A stretch of DNA of 50,668 nt from a virus (IMGVR_UViG_3300048768_000066:1-50668), one strand, 5' to 3'; positions 17,899-28,513 are shown, counted from the stretch's first letter. Notes: a model not told the origin generated them from the sequence alone. A program made the numbers and translations.

Positions 17899-18032
17899 GT
17901 TTTCAACATTCGGGTAGGGGGTAACTCAAAAGCCCCCTGCCCGGATCAACCGTGTAAGTGTCCGTTAGAGTCGGGCAGGCAGCGCATGAGAGTAAAGACA
18001 GGGCGGTGTCACATACAGAAAGGAGTAGTAAA

Positions 18033-19016
18033 ATGAGTATCACAAATTTTCCATACGGGGTTTTTGCAACGCCTAATATCGGCGGTGCAAGACTCGCAGA
18101 TATGTGGAACACCGAAAACATTTTCTTTGTTGACGGGGATAATGGACTTGCCGGTAATGGCGGGCAGTCACCGGATGATTCGGCTGATATTCCTTCGACC
18201 GCTGTCGCATTAGCGTCGAGAGGTGCGACCATATATGTGCGTCCGAGGACGACCGCCGCATCTGCACAGAGTTACTATCTCGACAATATAGTCGTTCCAA
18301 TAACCAAGCCCCAGATTGCCATTATCGGTTGTGCTCAAGATCGGGATCGCCCGTATTTGGGTCCGGCGGTCAAAACAACGGTAGCGGGAGCCGCTACATC
18401 CGTATTGATTGTGAAAGCAGCCGGGTTTCTCACCGAAGGCATGGAATGGACAGGCACGAGTCAGACCGGGGATATAAGTGTCATCTATGCAGCTAATGAT
18501 GGGACTTTATCTCTAAGCAGCGGGCTAACTGTTCGTAACTGTACGATTCGTAATGTCAAGGGACATGCGGCGACAACGGGAGGCGGGATTCATTTTGAAA
18601 CTCCCATATTCTCGAAAGTCCAGAATTGTCTCTTTAAGGACAATTTGAACAGTATTATGTTTCGTTCGACTTCCGCAGCCATCAATTCTCTTATTATTGA
18701 AGGCTGTATTTTCAGCGGCATAAATACGGGACGTGATACTGACATTTATTCCAACGCGGATTCCGGTTATGGGCTGGTAATTAACAACTGTCAATTCAAT
18801 GATAACCTGCCCAGCCATGGAACCAACAAGTTCATTGCACTTTCCGCCGGAATTGCCGGGATAATTTCAAATTGCCGTTTTGCTTATACCAGCGCAACGG
18901 CAGATGCTTTACTGGCCGCATCGGGGACGATTGGCAATGTTCCCACTACTGTTTTGACTGTAAATTGTATGGTCGAACAAACGGTTGAGGGTCAGGCTTC
19001 TGTCATTACTCGCTAA
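18033..19016 (+). CDS. Right-handed beta-helix virion protein
   Basis: FFVDGDNG...GQSPD start; repeated I/V-x-N/G-C-x-F/I rungs; AAGGAG RBS before 18033. Confidence 0.7.
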   Translation: MSITNFPYGVFATPNIGGARLADMWNTENIFFVDGDNGLAGNGGQSPDDSADIPSTAVALASRGATIYVRPRTTAASAQSYYLDNIVVPITKPQIAIIGCAQDRDRPYLGPAVKTTVAGAATSVLIVKAAGFLTEGMEWTGTSQTGDISVIYAANDGTLSLSSGLTVRNCTIRNVKGHAATTGGGIHFETPIFSKVQNCLFKDNLNSIMFRSTSAAINSLIIEGCIFSGINTGRDTDIYSNADSGYGLVINNCQFNDNLPSHGTNKFIALSAGIAGIISNCRFAYTSATADALLAASGTIGNVPTTVLTVNCMVEQTVEGQASVITR

Positions 19017-19059
19017 CCTTTTGAAGCGACGGGGGACGCTATATTCCCCCACCTAAAAT

Positions 19060-19254
19060 ATGCTGATTAAAATCAAGGGTAGAAACCGAATGGGTAAAAG
19101 CCGTTCGGAAACAGAGGCGAATCTTCATAAGGAATGGGGTAGTGCTTCACTAACTCATGAAGAAATTGATAAGTGCCGGTTCATCGAAAAGAAGACAGGA
19201 GCAGGATGGATAGATAAATCACTCATAGAACACGTGGAAGAAATAAGGCGATAA
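19060..19254 (+). CDS. Hypothetical protein
   Basis: Short ORF in an intergenic gap. Confidence 0.4.
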   Translation: MLIKIKGRNRMGKSRSETEANLHKEWGSASLTHEEIDKCRFIEKKTGAGWIDKSLIEHVEEIRR

Positions 19255-19288
19255 GGCGAAAGCCACCCAGATGAAAGGAGAACGAAAG

Positions 19289-20059
19289 ATGGAAGAGATA
19301 GCTTACAAAACAAACGAGGAAGTAATGGCAGTTCCGGATACTAAGAAGCAAGCGGCCAGGGAACGTATGGCAAACGCAAGGGCAAGCAAGAAGAGGCCGA
19401 GCAGGTCAAAAGACATCGAACTTGCCAGACTGAAAGAGCAAGTCAAGGAACTGAAGGAGAGGCTGATTGTTCCGGTGACGGCAGTATCAGCGCCGGGGGA
19501 ACTGCCTAAACCAAAAATTGCATCTGATATTAAGTGGTTCACGGAAGTGGATTTGAATGATAAGGGCAAAGTGGCCTCTGACTACCCCGCTTGGTACTTC
19601 ACGGAGAATGTGAAGGAACTCGCAGAGGATATTCGAAGTCTTGAAAACGGGATCGACGAGGGGATCTACATCGGCAAGAAGCGCCGGGATGCCGTCAAGC
19701 AGCTCGAGACAAAGAAGCAACGATATAGCCAGATCGTAGACGGAAAGCCGAAGATGACCGACGTGAACAAAGACAAGGTTATGAGGTCATTCAAGGAACT
19801 CGGCGGCAAGATCGGGGAATCCATGTTTAGTCACGATGACATGTGGAAGATGACCGCAGACGCCCACGCAGAGGCCGAGCGCATGGTCATGCCGTGCATC
19901 GAGGTAACTGATGCTGTTGCTGGTTCCTTTGTGAAAGAACGCGGCATGAAGGTAGTAGATGGGAAGATTTCAAGGAACGATGCCAGTATAGTTTGGAAAT
20001 GTATGGCAAAAGCCCTTGGTGAACAAACTGACGTGGAGGCTCTTCGGAGGATCAAGTAA
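19289..20059 (+). CDS. Hypothetical charged protein
   Basis: AAGGAG RBS; coupled to the adaptor gene. Confidence 0.65.
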   Translation: MEEIAYKTNEEVMAVPDTKKQAARERMANARASKKRPSRSKDIELARLKEQVKELKERLIVPVTAVSAPGELPKPKIASDIKWFTEVDLNDKGKVASDYPAWYFTENVKELAEDIRSLENGIDEGIYIGKKRRDAVKQLETKKQRYSQIVDGKPKMTDVNKDKVMRSFKELGGKIGESMFSHDDMWKMTADAHAEAERMVMPCIEVTDAVAGSFVKERGMKVVDGKISRNDASIVWKCMAKALGEQTDVEALRRIK

Positions 20060-20970
20060 TGCTTGGGATTGATTACATTAGCCGCATTAACCAGCAGTTG
20101 AGTGAGTTCAATTCGTCTTGGATTGATTTGAAGACCAGCTTTGACTATCTGTACGAGGCGTCAAAGGACTTTGCCAAAGAGACCCGTTCATGCAGTAACT
20201 CTCAGACGATCACCACGATTGCAAATACGGCGGCATATAACCTCAATCCCGACTTCCTGGAGATCATGACGACTGACGATCACAACGATGCGGTTATCAA
20301 GTACTACGACGGATCGAACACGGAATGGTTGAACTGGGAATCTTATTCGGACTATCTCCAGAACGGCAATGACCCCGGAACGCCGCAGAGTTTTGCGGTG
20401 GTGGACGCTACGCCGCCCACAAGACTTACGGGAACAAATTTCGCCACAGCAGCCGCTTCGGGTGGAGAATCCTTGCTATCGGCCTATGGCGTCTCTTTTG
20501 TTTCATCCTATCCGGGCGACATGGTGGTGAATACGACGGCAGGAAAGGAATATGTCGGCGTGGCCTTAGTACCTGGAGCACATCTCACGACGGCAATGTT
20601 TGATTTGACGGTAAGGGGTGGAGCGTATGCGGGTTGGACCGCGGGCGATACTTACATGATCCAACCTTCTTCTCGATACCAGATCGTGTTGGACCCTCCT
20701 CCTGACACGTCTGGCGAAACTGTCACCGTCGCCTACTACGCTCGCCCCTTGCCTGTTTACTCTGATTATGGCACTTATCCTTTTGCGACTGGCTACGAAG
20801 AAGCGTTAATCAAGTATGCAGTATGGCTTTATAAATACAGAGATTCTAAGCAGAACATGGGCGATCCTCTTTATCTCGCCTATGAACGTGAGATGCGTAA
20901 GGGGAAAAACGTGAACAGAAAAGCTGTGGGCGGGGTGGGCTTTCGCGTGAATTTCATGAAGAGTCGTTAA
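20059..20970 (+). CDS. Probable head-tail adaptor / tail tubular protein A with beta insert
   Basis: Helical ends (YLYEASKDF; YEEALIKYAVW) around TITT..YNL.PDF and LDPPPD...VAYYARP. Confidence 0.6.
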   Translation: MLGIDYISRINQQLSEFNSSWIDLKTSFDYLYEASKDFAKETRSCSNSQTITTIANTAAYNLNPDFLEIMTTDDHNDAVIKYYDGSNTEWLNWESYSDYLQNGNDPGTPQSFAVVDATPPTRLTGTNFATAAASGGESLLSAYGVSFVSSYPGDMVVNTTAGKEYVGVALVPGAHLTTAMFDLTVRGGAYAGWTAGDTYMIQPSSRYQIVLDPPPDTSGETVTVAYYARPLPVYSDYGTYPFATGYEEALIKYAVWLYKYRDSKQNMGDPLYLAYEREMRKGKNVNRKAVGGVGFRVNFMKSR

Positions 20971-20971
20971 T

Positions 20972-23900
20972 ATGCCAACTAAAGGGCTTGAAAGACAAAC
21001 AGGCCACCAGAGATTCGACTGGCCACTGACAGGCAAACTTCGGAAGGATGTCGATCCTGCTTTGATCGGTGAGACGAATTTCCGCGAACTTATCAACCTG
21101 AGGCCCACAGCGGACTACCCGAAGGGTATCCAGGGGATGACGAAGATAAATGTTGCGTCGTTAAGGTACCTTTGGGGATTTATAGTTAGAGTCCTGTCGG
21201 TTGTGAATGGGTTCCATTTCCGCAAGGATCAACCCGCAGAATCCCATATCTTTGTTCAGGGGAATTACTTTACGGTGCCGTGGTTGTTGAAGTCGGACAA
21301 TACGACGGCGATCCCTAATCAGGATACTTTCTGTGCTACGACATCCGCGCAATTATTGGAAAATACCAATGCGGTGCTTTTCAGCGAAGCCCCGAATGGG
21401 GCCATGTGTGCCATGAATGGGGCGGTGAACCGGATATGGGCTGGGAACGAAGATAGATGCGGCCAGTTCATCGTCTATGATCCTGCCGGGTCTTTCTGGT
21501 ATGACTATACCGACAAGGTGAATAACACCCTTTCCGATGCAGCAAACGTGGCGACCATGCACTCCGCAGCGGGAACAGTAGATTCATCTACAAAACTCCT
21601 GATCCACGCGGGTGAAGCAAATCACACAGCGGGAACAAGCATCATTGATTCTGAAACCTCGGCGAAGACCATAACCGCCCACGGGAATGCTCAGGTTGAT
21701 ACCTCTCAAGCAAAATTTGGAACCGGCTCGGTCGCGTTTGATGGAACTAACAGCTATCTTTCTCTTGCCGATTCTGCCGATTGGTATATGGGAACCGGAG
21801 CATTCACGATTGATTTTTGGTGGAAGCCCAATGGTTCAACTAATCCGCAAGGCTTATTTCAGCAAACCGTCGATACAAATAATTGGGTTGTTTGTATTTA
21901 CGTCCCTATCAGTAGCGTATTAGGCCAACTATCTATTTCCGTAAAGTCAGGAGGGTCATTAACTGTTAATGTAAGCTATGTCGCCGGGATCATAGATGGG
22001 GCGTGGAATCATATAGCTCTTATCAGGGGATGGGGCGGGGATGCAAACAAATGGGCATGGGCAATTAATGGCACGTTAGCTTATGCGGCAGACACAAATG
22101 TGAATCCCTGGCCCGACTTGGCGGCTGCTTTTGAAATAGGAAGATATTACAATTACGGCACAACGACATATTCTTATTTGAAGGGGTGGATAGACGAGTT
22201 CCGCATTTCCAAAGGAGTAGCGAGATGGACGGCCAATTTTCTTCCCTCTTCGTCTGCTTACGGAACAGCAGACACAACCAATGTTTATATCGGGTCCGTC
22301 AGGCCAATCCAGGGAGTTAAATTTTATGTCGGAACGGCAAACACTAACGCCTCGGTTGCGTCCGGGTATGAATGGACTGGCGCAGCCTGGTCTCCTCTTA
22401 CTCTTTACGACGGCACTTCTGCTACGGGCGGAAAGTCACTCGGCAAGACAGGGGAAATAATTTTTAACTCTACGGTGACCACATCAAAGGTCAAGGCCGT
22501 TAAAAGATCAGTAGCCTATTTTTACCAGTTTGTTTTCACAACCCTTACGACTGGAACTACGGTGTATTATTGCACCCTTGACGCTCCCATGCAGGCGGTC
22601 ACAGATATTTGGGACGGCGTGGGAAGATATTGCTTGCAATGCTTTCAATCCGACGGGACATCATATACCGATTTAACTACCAATGTTGCGCCTTCGACCA
22701 CAAGCAACCCGAAAGCCTATCAGGCCGCAAGCGACATGACCTATGCTCAGCTCGGCGGTCAAACAGTATCCCAATGCCTGTACTGCGGATTCAGCGAACG
22801 AGTGTTGGGAATTGAATGGAGTCTACCGGATGCTTTGTATACAAACAATTCCCTTCCATCAACCATGGATTTTATAGATGGTACTGTTGACCCTACTGCT
22901 CAACTAATATTTACCAGCACGGGAAGTGCCTATGCGATGGTAGCTTCAGTAACAATCACAAGCGGTTCATGGGCTGGTGGAGATGCAGCAGGAAAATTTC
23001 TTATAACCGGGTGGAATGGCCAGCCCTTTGATATAGGGGCGGGAACTCATGTTTATTACCAGTCCTTTGTCACGGTCGCTGAAGCAACTTCTCAACCTGT
23101 AAGCCCTGTAAGCCCCGCAACCGTGTCAATATATTACTGGAATGGTTCTGCTTGGGTTTCGGTCGGAAATGTAGATGATAGCACGGCGACAGGGGGAATA
23201 AGTCTAAGCCATTCCGGTTTGATGACTTGGGCTCCTCCAGCCGAAAACATTGAGTTCAAGACAGCAATTGCAAACGATTATGAGTTTTACTATTACAAAG
23301 TTTCATGGGACACTACGTTGGCTTCCGACGTGAGGGTTGACAATATTGGCGGGATCACAGTCCAAAAAACATTAAGACCGTATAGGTTTTCGGTTCTATG
23401 GCAGAATAGATTATGGATGTTTAACGATCAGGCGGATAGAAAAAATACTGGTATCTGCTCTTCTTATGGGACGAACTGCGTTTTCAATGGTGATGATTTC
23501 TATGAAATGGAGTTTGGCGACGCAAAAGAACTTATTTGCGGTGATTCGCTATTCAGTCGGTACGGGAGCAACATTTACGATAACATGATTTTATGCAAAA
23601 GAGGAGCAACTTATTTAATCGACGGGTATGGACCATCGACATGGACGATCTATACCATTTCCGACAAGGTTGGATGTCTTGCGCCTCTTACCATGAAACG
23701 ATGCGATATGAGTTTTGAAGTTGCCGCCGGGATGACAAAGCACGTTTTAATGTGGAGGTCTGCGCGTGCGATAGAATTCTTCGACGGGAATACGATTGCC
23801 CCCGTCACGGACGATATTAAGAACTTCTTCGATCCCACGTCGAGCGACTACATTGATCCCACTATTTATGATGTAAGTCTGGAATCTGGTTGCTACGATG

Positions 23901-24463
23901 AAATAAACTTTGGGTATCACTGGATATTCACTAATATAAATGGGAAGCAGGAGTGGGAGTATTCCCTGAGATACAAGAAGTGGTTTCAAGTAAACAGGGG
24001 AACGGGCAAAGCGTTGACTTGCGGTTTCAACGTACAGGATACGAACGGCGACACGTTCCTTTTTGGCGGGACTGCGGACGGGTTTATTGAACGTCTTGAG
24101 AATGGCACTACTTTCGACGGAAACGCTATTGTCCATACTTTTTGGTTTGGCGACATTCTGCTTGCAAAGACGGGAGATTATGTTTGCACATTGAGGCATG
24201 TAAAATTATTCGCAAAGGCAAAGAATATATCCTCCGCAACGGTAGCTGTCACGCACTATGCCGATACCGCATCAACGGGAGAATCTTTAGCGGCGATATC
24301 TCAGGTAGATGCAACGCACAGGCTGTATCAGGCAAAACATAGCATAGGCATGGATGCCGTATTGCACTCACTAAGATACGACATTACTACGAATGATGAA
24401 GTAATCGGGTTTGAGCCTTTAATGGTTTCGGGACTGTATGAAGTTAAGAGAGAAGATTTATGA
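20972..24463 (+). CDS. Tail nozzle/hub (tubular protein B-like) with inserted LamG/ConA-like domain
   Basis: Propeller-like C-half (WQNRLWMF, VGCLAP); insert FGTGSVAFDG...FTIDFW...GWIDEFRISKGVARW. Confidence 0.7.
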   Translation: MPTKGLERQTGHQRFDWPLTGKLRKDVDPALIGETNFRELINLRPTADYPKGIQGMTKINVASLRYLWGFIVRVLSVVNGFHFRKDQPAESHIFVQGNYFTVPWLLKSDNTTAIPNQDTFCATTSAQLLENTNAVLFSEAPNGAMCAMNGAVNRIWAGNEDRCGQFIVYDPAGSFWYDYTDKVNNTLSDAANVATMHSAAGTVDSSTKLLIHAGEANHTAGTSIIDSETSAKTITAHGNAQVDTSQAKFGTGSVAFDGTNSYLSLADSADWYMGTGAFTIDFWWKPNGSTNPQGLFQQTVDTNNWVVCIYVPISSVLGQLSISVKSGGSLTVNVSYVAGIIDGAWNHIALIRGWGGDANKWAWAINGTLAYAADTNVNPWPDLAAAFEIGRYYNYGTTTYSYLKGWIDEFRISKGVARWTANFLPSSSAYGTADTTNVYIGSVRPIQGVKFYVGTANTNASVASGYEWTGAAWSPLTLYDGTSATGGKSLGKTGEIIFNSTVTTSKVKAVKRSVAYFYQFVFTTLTTGTTVYYCTLDAPMQAVTDIWDGVGRYCLQCFQSDGTSYTDLTTNVAPSTTSNPKAYQAASDMTYAQLGGQTVSQCLYCGFSERVLGIEWSLPDALYTNNSLPSTMDFIDGTVDPTAQLIFTSTGSAYAMVASVTITSGSWAGGDAAGKFLITGWNGQPFDIGAGTHVYYQSFVTVAEATSQPVSPVSPATVSIYYWNGSAWVSVGNVDDSTATGGISLSHSGLMTWAPPAENIEFKTAIANDYEFYYYKVSWDTTLASDVRVDNIGGITVQKTLRPYRFSVLWQNRLWMFNDQADRKNTGICSSYGTNCVFNGDDFYEMEFGDAKELICGDSLFSRYGSNIYDNMILCKRGATYLIDGYGPSTWTIYTISDKVGCLAPLTMKRCDMSFEVAAGMTKHVLMWRSARAIEFFDGNTIAPVTDDIKNFFDPTSSDYIDPTIYDVSLESGCYDEINFGYHWIFTNINGKQEWEYSLRYKKWFQVNRGTGKALTCGFNVQDTNGDTFLFGGTADGFIERLENGTTFDGNAIVHTFWFGDILLAKTGDYVCTLRHVKLFAKAKNISSATVAVTHYADTASTGESLAAISQVDATHRLYQAKHSIGMDAVLHSLRYDITTNDEVIGFEPLMVSGLYEVKREDL

Positions 24464-25005
24464 CCATTCCGAATGATACCTATGCCGCCCCACAAAGGGC
24501 CATAACGGGCGGTACTGCCGGTAAAAGGACCGAAACTACGGGATACCAACAATTTGCCACGGGTGGTGGTGGGGGTGCGGGTAATGTTGTTGGTCCCGCA
24601 TCAGCGGTTGATTCGGATATTGTTGAATTTGATACTACGACAGGAAAACTGATAAAGGATGGTGGCATTACTCATGCGCAGCTCGTGGCAGCCATAAATG
24701 CAGCTAAACTTGTCGGGTATCGTGAGGGCATGATTGTCACTGTCAAGGATGCCACGAATCTTTATGTTGATGGTGGTGCGTTGGAGATAAATGGGGATGT
24801 GTGGCAACTTTCCGCTCAAACAACTGTGCCGATGGGAACAACTGATCCAGACACGCTTTATTACCTCTACGCCTCGGTTGCGGCGAGTGTATGGACATTC
24901 ACAGTATCCTTGACCGTCCCTCTTTTTTCCGACACTTTGGGTGCGGCATACATGACAGGGGACACGACGAAACGGTGGTTAGCGAACGTAAGAACGGCGG
25001 CTTAA
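24460..25005 (+). CDS. Tail fibre-associated protein
   Basis: GNVVGPASAVDSDIVEFDTTTGKLIKDG fibre motif. Confidence 0.65.
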   Translation: MTIPNDTYAAPQRAITGGTAGKRTETTGYQQFATGGGGGAGNVVGPASAVDSDIVEFDTTTGKLIKDGGITHAQLVAAINAAKLVGYREGMIVTVKDATNLYVDGGALEINGDVWQLSAQTTVPMGTTDPDTLYYLYASVAASVWTFTVSLTVPLFSDTLGAAYMTGDTTKRWLANVRTAA

Positions 25006-25896
25006 GTGGGAATCGAATCGGTATCACAACCCAGTGGGCAGAGCATCAACCTTCGGAAGGCTACATCGGTAGGTGTGGGTTCTGGATGGTTTATCGACGG
25101 TGTGTTGTGGACAGGATTGACCAAGACCGTTGGTAGCGGAAAGCAGTATGCCACGATAAATCTGGCTATAACTGCTGCCGCAGGAGTGACTTGTCTCTAT
25201 CTGGTTGATGCGGGGACGTATAATGAAGATGTCGGTATTCCTGAAAACACGACTGCATATATTCGAGGGCTTGGCACAAGTCCCCTCGATACTATAATTC
25301 ATGGTACATTCAACCAAGCCATAGCCAATACAACAGGGAGCATCATATTAGAGAACGTATGGGAATATTTCTATTCGGTAGGTGGGGAGTCTCCATCAAT
25401 CCTTAGGGCAAAGGGAGGCGTCAACAAGTGCGTAGTTGGTTGTGATGGAGGCCCCGGCCAGAGTGGACAAAACGCATTTAGTTATACAACGGGAGATTTA
25501 TTAATCAGCTATACTTACGTAATAAGAACCGTGACGGCTGGTCCTAATTATTCCTGGTGTTATGATCTCGCATACATTGATTTATCGACTGTATCATTGG
25601 ATCATGTTTCGTATTCAGTTTATCACAAAGGTCTGCCTGATGAGCAGGGTGGGTGGGGCGAGAAAGATTGTACTGGAACATTGGCATTGGATATCAAAGC
25701 CGAGTCCCCAGCGGCGGGTTATGGTCCGGGATATGGTGCTTTCCGTATTACGCAGGGAGACTTATTTGGTGCACTGTCAGTATCGCAATCTATAAAAGAA
25801 ACGAGACTTCGCAGGGCGACATCTTACACTGGAAGTGGAGAGATTGTTTCAGTATCACAGCCGATTAACGACGTGAGATTAAGGAGACCAGCATAA
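25006..25896 (+). CDS. Tail spike/adhesin-like protein
   Basis: TVGSGKQYATINLAI...VDAGTYNE beta-helix cap; SVSQ..LRR repeats at both ends. Confidence 0.6.
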   Translation: MGIESVSQPSGQSINLRKATSVGVGSGWFIDGVLWTGLTKTVGSGKQYATINLAITAAAGVTCLYLVDAGTYNEDVGIPENTTAYIRGLGTSPLDTIIHGTFNQAIANTTGSIILENVWEYFYSVGGESPSILRAKGGVNKCVVGCDGGPGQSGQNAFSYTTGDLLISYTYVIRTVTAGPNYSWCYDLAYIDLSTVSLDHVSYSVYHKGLPDEQGGWGEKDCTGTLALDIKAESPAAGYGPGYGAFRITQGDLFGALSVSQSIKETRLRRATSYTGSGEIVSVSQPINDVRLRRPA

Positions 25897-27347
25897 TGTC
25901 TGATACTCTGGTGTATCATGATGATTCAGAAGATGAATTAGCATACGATAAAACCAATGCGGAGTTGGGAGTGCCGAGTGGAGTGAGTGCAACTGATTCT
26001 CCAATTTTTGTTACTGTCAAACTTACAGGACTTACAGACGGTTATATTCCCTATCATGTAAACGATGCAACCGGATTGGCAGATGGACCCACTAAATCGA
26101 ATGTTGATAGTGCCGTATCTCTGAAACATACTCAGGGAACGGATACCACGTTAGGAACGATGGCCGCCAATGTTGCGATGGGAACTCATAAACTGACCGG
26201 TTTGTCTGTTCCTGCCAGCAATGGAGATTCTGTTAGAGCAACTACTAAAATTACAGAAGCACTACTTGAAAGTGCAACGGATCTGAAACATGCCGCCGTT
26301 ACGGTATCTGCTCCTATATCGCTCTCTGGTCAGGCCGTTTCCCTTGTCAACAATGCCGTGTCGCCAGCAACCATCACGGCGATTGATGTAGGTGCATTGG
26401 CAAATTCGGATACGGTTATACCTACGAGTAAGGCAGTGCAAACGGCAATCGGAGGCGCTGGCGGGGGAAATGTTTACGGTTCGGCATCTGTGACTGATGG
26501 TCACATGGCTGTTTTTGACACGGATGGATACCACATTAAAGACGGAGGGGCACCAGGCGGCGGTAGCGCTCACGTCATCCAAGACGAAACTACCCCCTTG
26601 ACCGCAAGGGCGGCTTTGAATTTCACGGGGGCGGGTGTGACGGTAACGGATAACGCAGGTACGGGGGCAAGCGATGTCACGATTCCGGGCGGCGGGGCTG
26701 GTTCTGATCTTGTGCAAGTCGCCACTGGTGCTGGCAGTATTGTTATTCCCGGATTGAAAGGATCTCCTGACGCAGTTCCGGCATCTCCAAGTGCATACGA
26801 TGACGAATTTAATGCATTTTCTGGTTGGACAACACTCGGGGCGCTTGATGTTCTAAATGTAACAGACTGTCCAAGCCATGTTCATATGAAAAAGAATACA
26901 AGCGGGAGTCAAATCGATGGTATTTATAAAGCATGTCCTACTCCGCCATTTACTGTCACAACCAAATTTTCTGATTATTTGAATGATGTCAACTATCAAT
27001 ATATTGGGTTAATGCTTTTGGATGCTACTCCTACAGCCCTGTTTACATTTGGATATTTTGCGGTCGGGGCTGGTAATTCCTATATTGGCTATTATCCATG
27101 GACAAACAGAACTACGAGAGGCGGGGGTACTGAAGTTGCAAATGTTTTTACTCGACAATATTTGAGGATGGTTGTTACGGCAGGGAATAATATTGGTCTT
27201 TATGCATCATTTAACGGGTATGTCTGGAGCGTAGTGGGAACAGGAAAGAACTCTGGATTAACACCAGTTTATGTTGGTCTTCTTGTCAGTGGCAATGGAG
27301 GCACAGTTGTGATGGAGGCAACCGTGGATTGGATAAGATTCACATAA
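25896..27347 (+). CDS. Tail fibre with C-terminal ConA-like receptor-binding domain
   Basis: Fibre modules, Gly hinges, PSAYDDEF...VDWIRFT C-terminal domain. Confidence 0.7.
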   Translation: MSDTLVYHDDSEDELAYDKTNAELGVPSGVSATDSPIFVTVKLTGLTDGYIPYHVNDATGLADGPTKSNVDSAVSLKHTQGTDTTLGTMAANVAMGTHKLTGLSVPASNGDSVRATTKITEALLESATDLKHAAVTVSAPISLSGQAVSLVNNAVSPATITAIDVGALANSDTVIPTSKAVQTAIGGAGGGNVYGSASVTDGHMAVFDTDGYHIKDGGAPGGGSAHVIQDETTPLTARAALNFTGAGVTVTDNAGTGASDVTIPGGGAGSDLVQVATGAGSIVIPGLKGSPDAVPASPSAYDDEFNAFSGWTTLGALDVLNVTDCPSHVHMKKNTSGSQIDGIYKACPTPPFTVTTKFSDYLNDVNYQYIGLMLLDATPTALFTFGYFAVGAGNSYIGYYPWTNRTTRGGGTEVANVFTRQYLRMVVTAGNNIGLYASFNGYVWSVVGTGKNSGLTPVYVGLLVSGNGGTVVMEATVDWIRFT

Positions 27348-27427
27348 TGAAAGTTTGACTAATTTGATTTAAGGGGGACTCAAAATGTTAAACCCTATCG
27401 AAGAAAAGAAATTTGAAGATCTGAAAG

Positions 27428-27511
27428 ATGTATGAATTCATTCTCATAACGGCTGCTGTTGTCATTTACTTCGTAGTCTTTGTGTGGATGAGAATAAGGA
27501 GACTGAAATGA
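27428..27511 (+). CDS. 27-aa single-pass membrane peptide, not in ORF track
   Basis: MYEFILITAAVVIYFVVFVWMRIRRLK; ATGA overlap with the next gene. Confidence 0.5.
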   Translation: MYEFILITAAVVIYFVVFVWMRIRRLK

Positions 27512-28512
27512 ACGATTATCTTCAACAAATTCTTTCTGGCCAAGCCCAGAGGAAGATAGCGGGGCAAGGGGCTTTTACCGGGTCTCAAATTGAAGCTGCC
27601 TTCCAGGGGGATATTGCGGCAAGGTATCAGGCCGAAAGCTCCAACCGCGCTCTTGCCTTATCGGAAAAGAGTGAGGCGGCGCGGGAAAGCGAATTTACGG
27701 CAAGTCAGGCTCAGTCGCAGTCGCAGTTTACAGCCTCTCAGGCGCAGCAAGCGTCGGAATATGGTCAAAGCCTTGCATATCAGCAGCAACAACTTGCCTC
27801 ACAGGAAAAGCTTGGCCAGACCCAAGCTGTCATAAGCGGGGTGGGGTCGGCGGCGTCTTTAGCTTTAGGAACTGCCGCTTTGGGGAAAACCTTTCCGGGG
27901 CTTTTTGGCGGCACGCCTAAAGTAGTACCCCCCGTGACGGATGCTGGAGCGGCGGCTGGTACTGCTGCATATACAGGTGCAGCGGCTGAAGGTACGGCAG
28001 CGGCGGCAGGCGTAGAAGCAACTGTTGCGGGATCGGAAGAGGCGGCAGCGGCGTTGTCGGCTTCCTATGCCGGTGAATACGTCGGTGCAGCTACCTTAGC
28101 CGGTGGAACAACCGCCGCGGTAGGAGAGGCAGCCGTAGCAGGTGAAGTTTTGCCTCAATTCGTTGAAGGTATCGCAGCAGCGATTGCCGCATGGGTTCTT
28201 TGTTCTGAATTGGTACGTCAGGGCAAACTTGACGCGGAAATTGTAGATGACGAATGGTCTTATATCAAACAGATTATCACATATCAAGAGTATATGGGAT
28301 ACCGGGTGATTGCCGATCCTTTGGTTAATCTCATGCAGAAAAGCAAATTATTCACGTTGTTTATGACCCCACTTATCAGGGGCTTCGCATACGAGATGGC
28401 AAGCAGGGTCAATCCAGAGATCGAAGGAAGCAAGTTAGGGAAGTTCATTTTATGGTTTGGGAGGCCGCTCTGCCGGATTTGTGCGCCTGAAACCATAAGG
28501 GTGGAGGTGTAA
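27508..28512 (+). CDS. Probable ejection/pilot protein
   Basis: Q/A-rich then hydrophobic A/G-rich segments; C-terminal LCSEL...GY...PLC domain; AAGGAG RBS before 27508. Confidence 0.6.
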   Translation: MNDYLQQILSGQAQRKIAGQGAFTGSQIEAAFQGDIAARYQAESSNRALALSEKSEAARESEFTASQAQSQSQFTASQAQQASEYGQSLAYQQQQLASQEKLGQTQAVISGVGSAASLALGTAALGKTFPGLFGGTPKVVPPVTDAGAAAGTAAYTGAAAEGTAAAAGVEATVAGSEEAAAALSASYAGEYVGAATLAGGTTAAVGEAAVAGEVLPQFVEGIAAAIAAWVLCSELVRQGKLDAEIVDDEWSYIKQIITYQEYMGYRVIADPLVNLMQKSKLFTLFMTPLIRGFAYEMASRVNPEIEGSKLGKFILWFGRPLCRICAPETIRVEV

Positions 28513-28513
28513 T

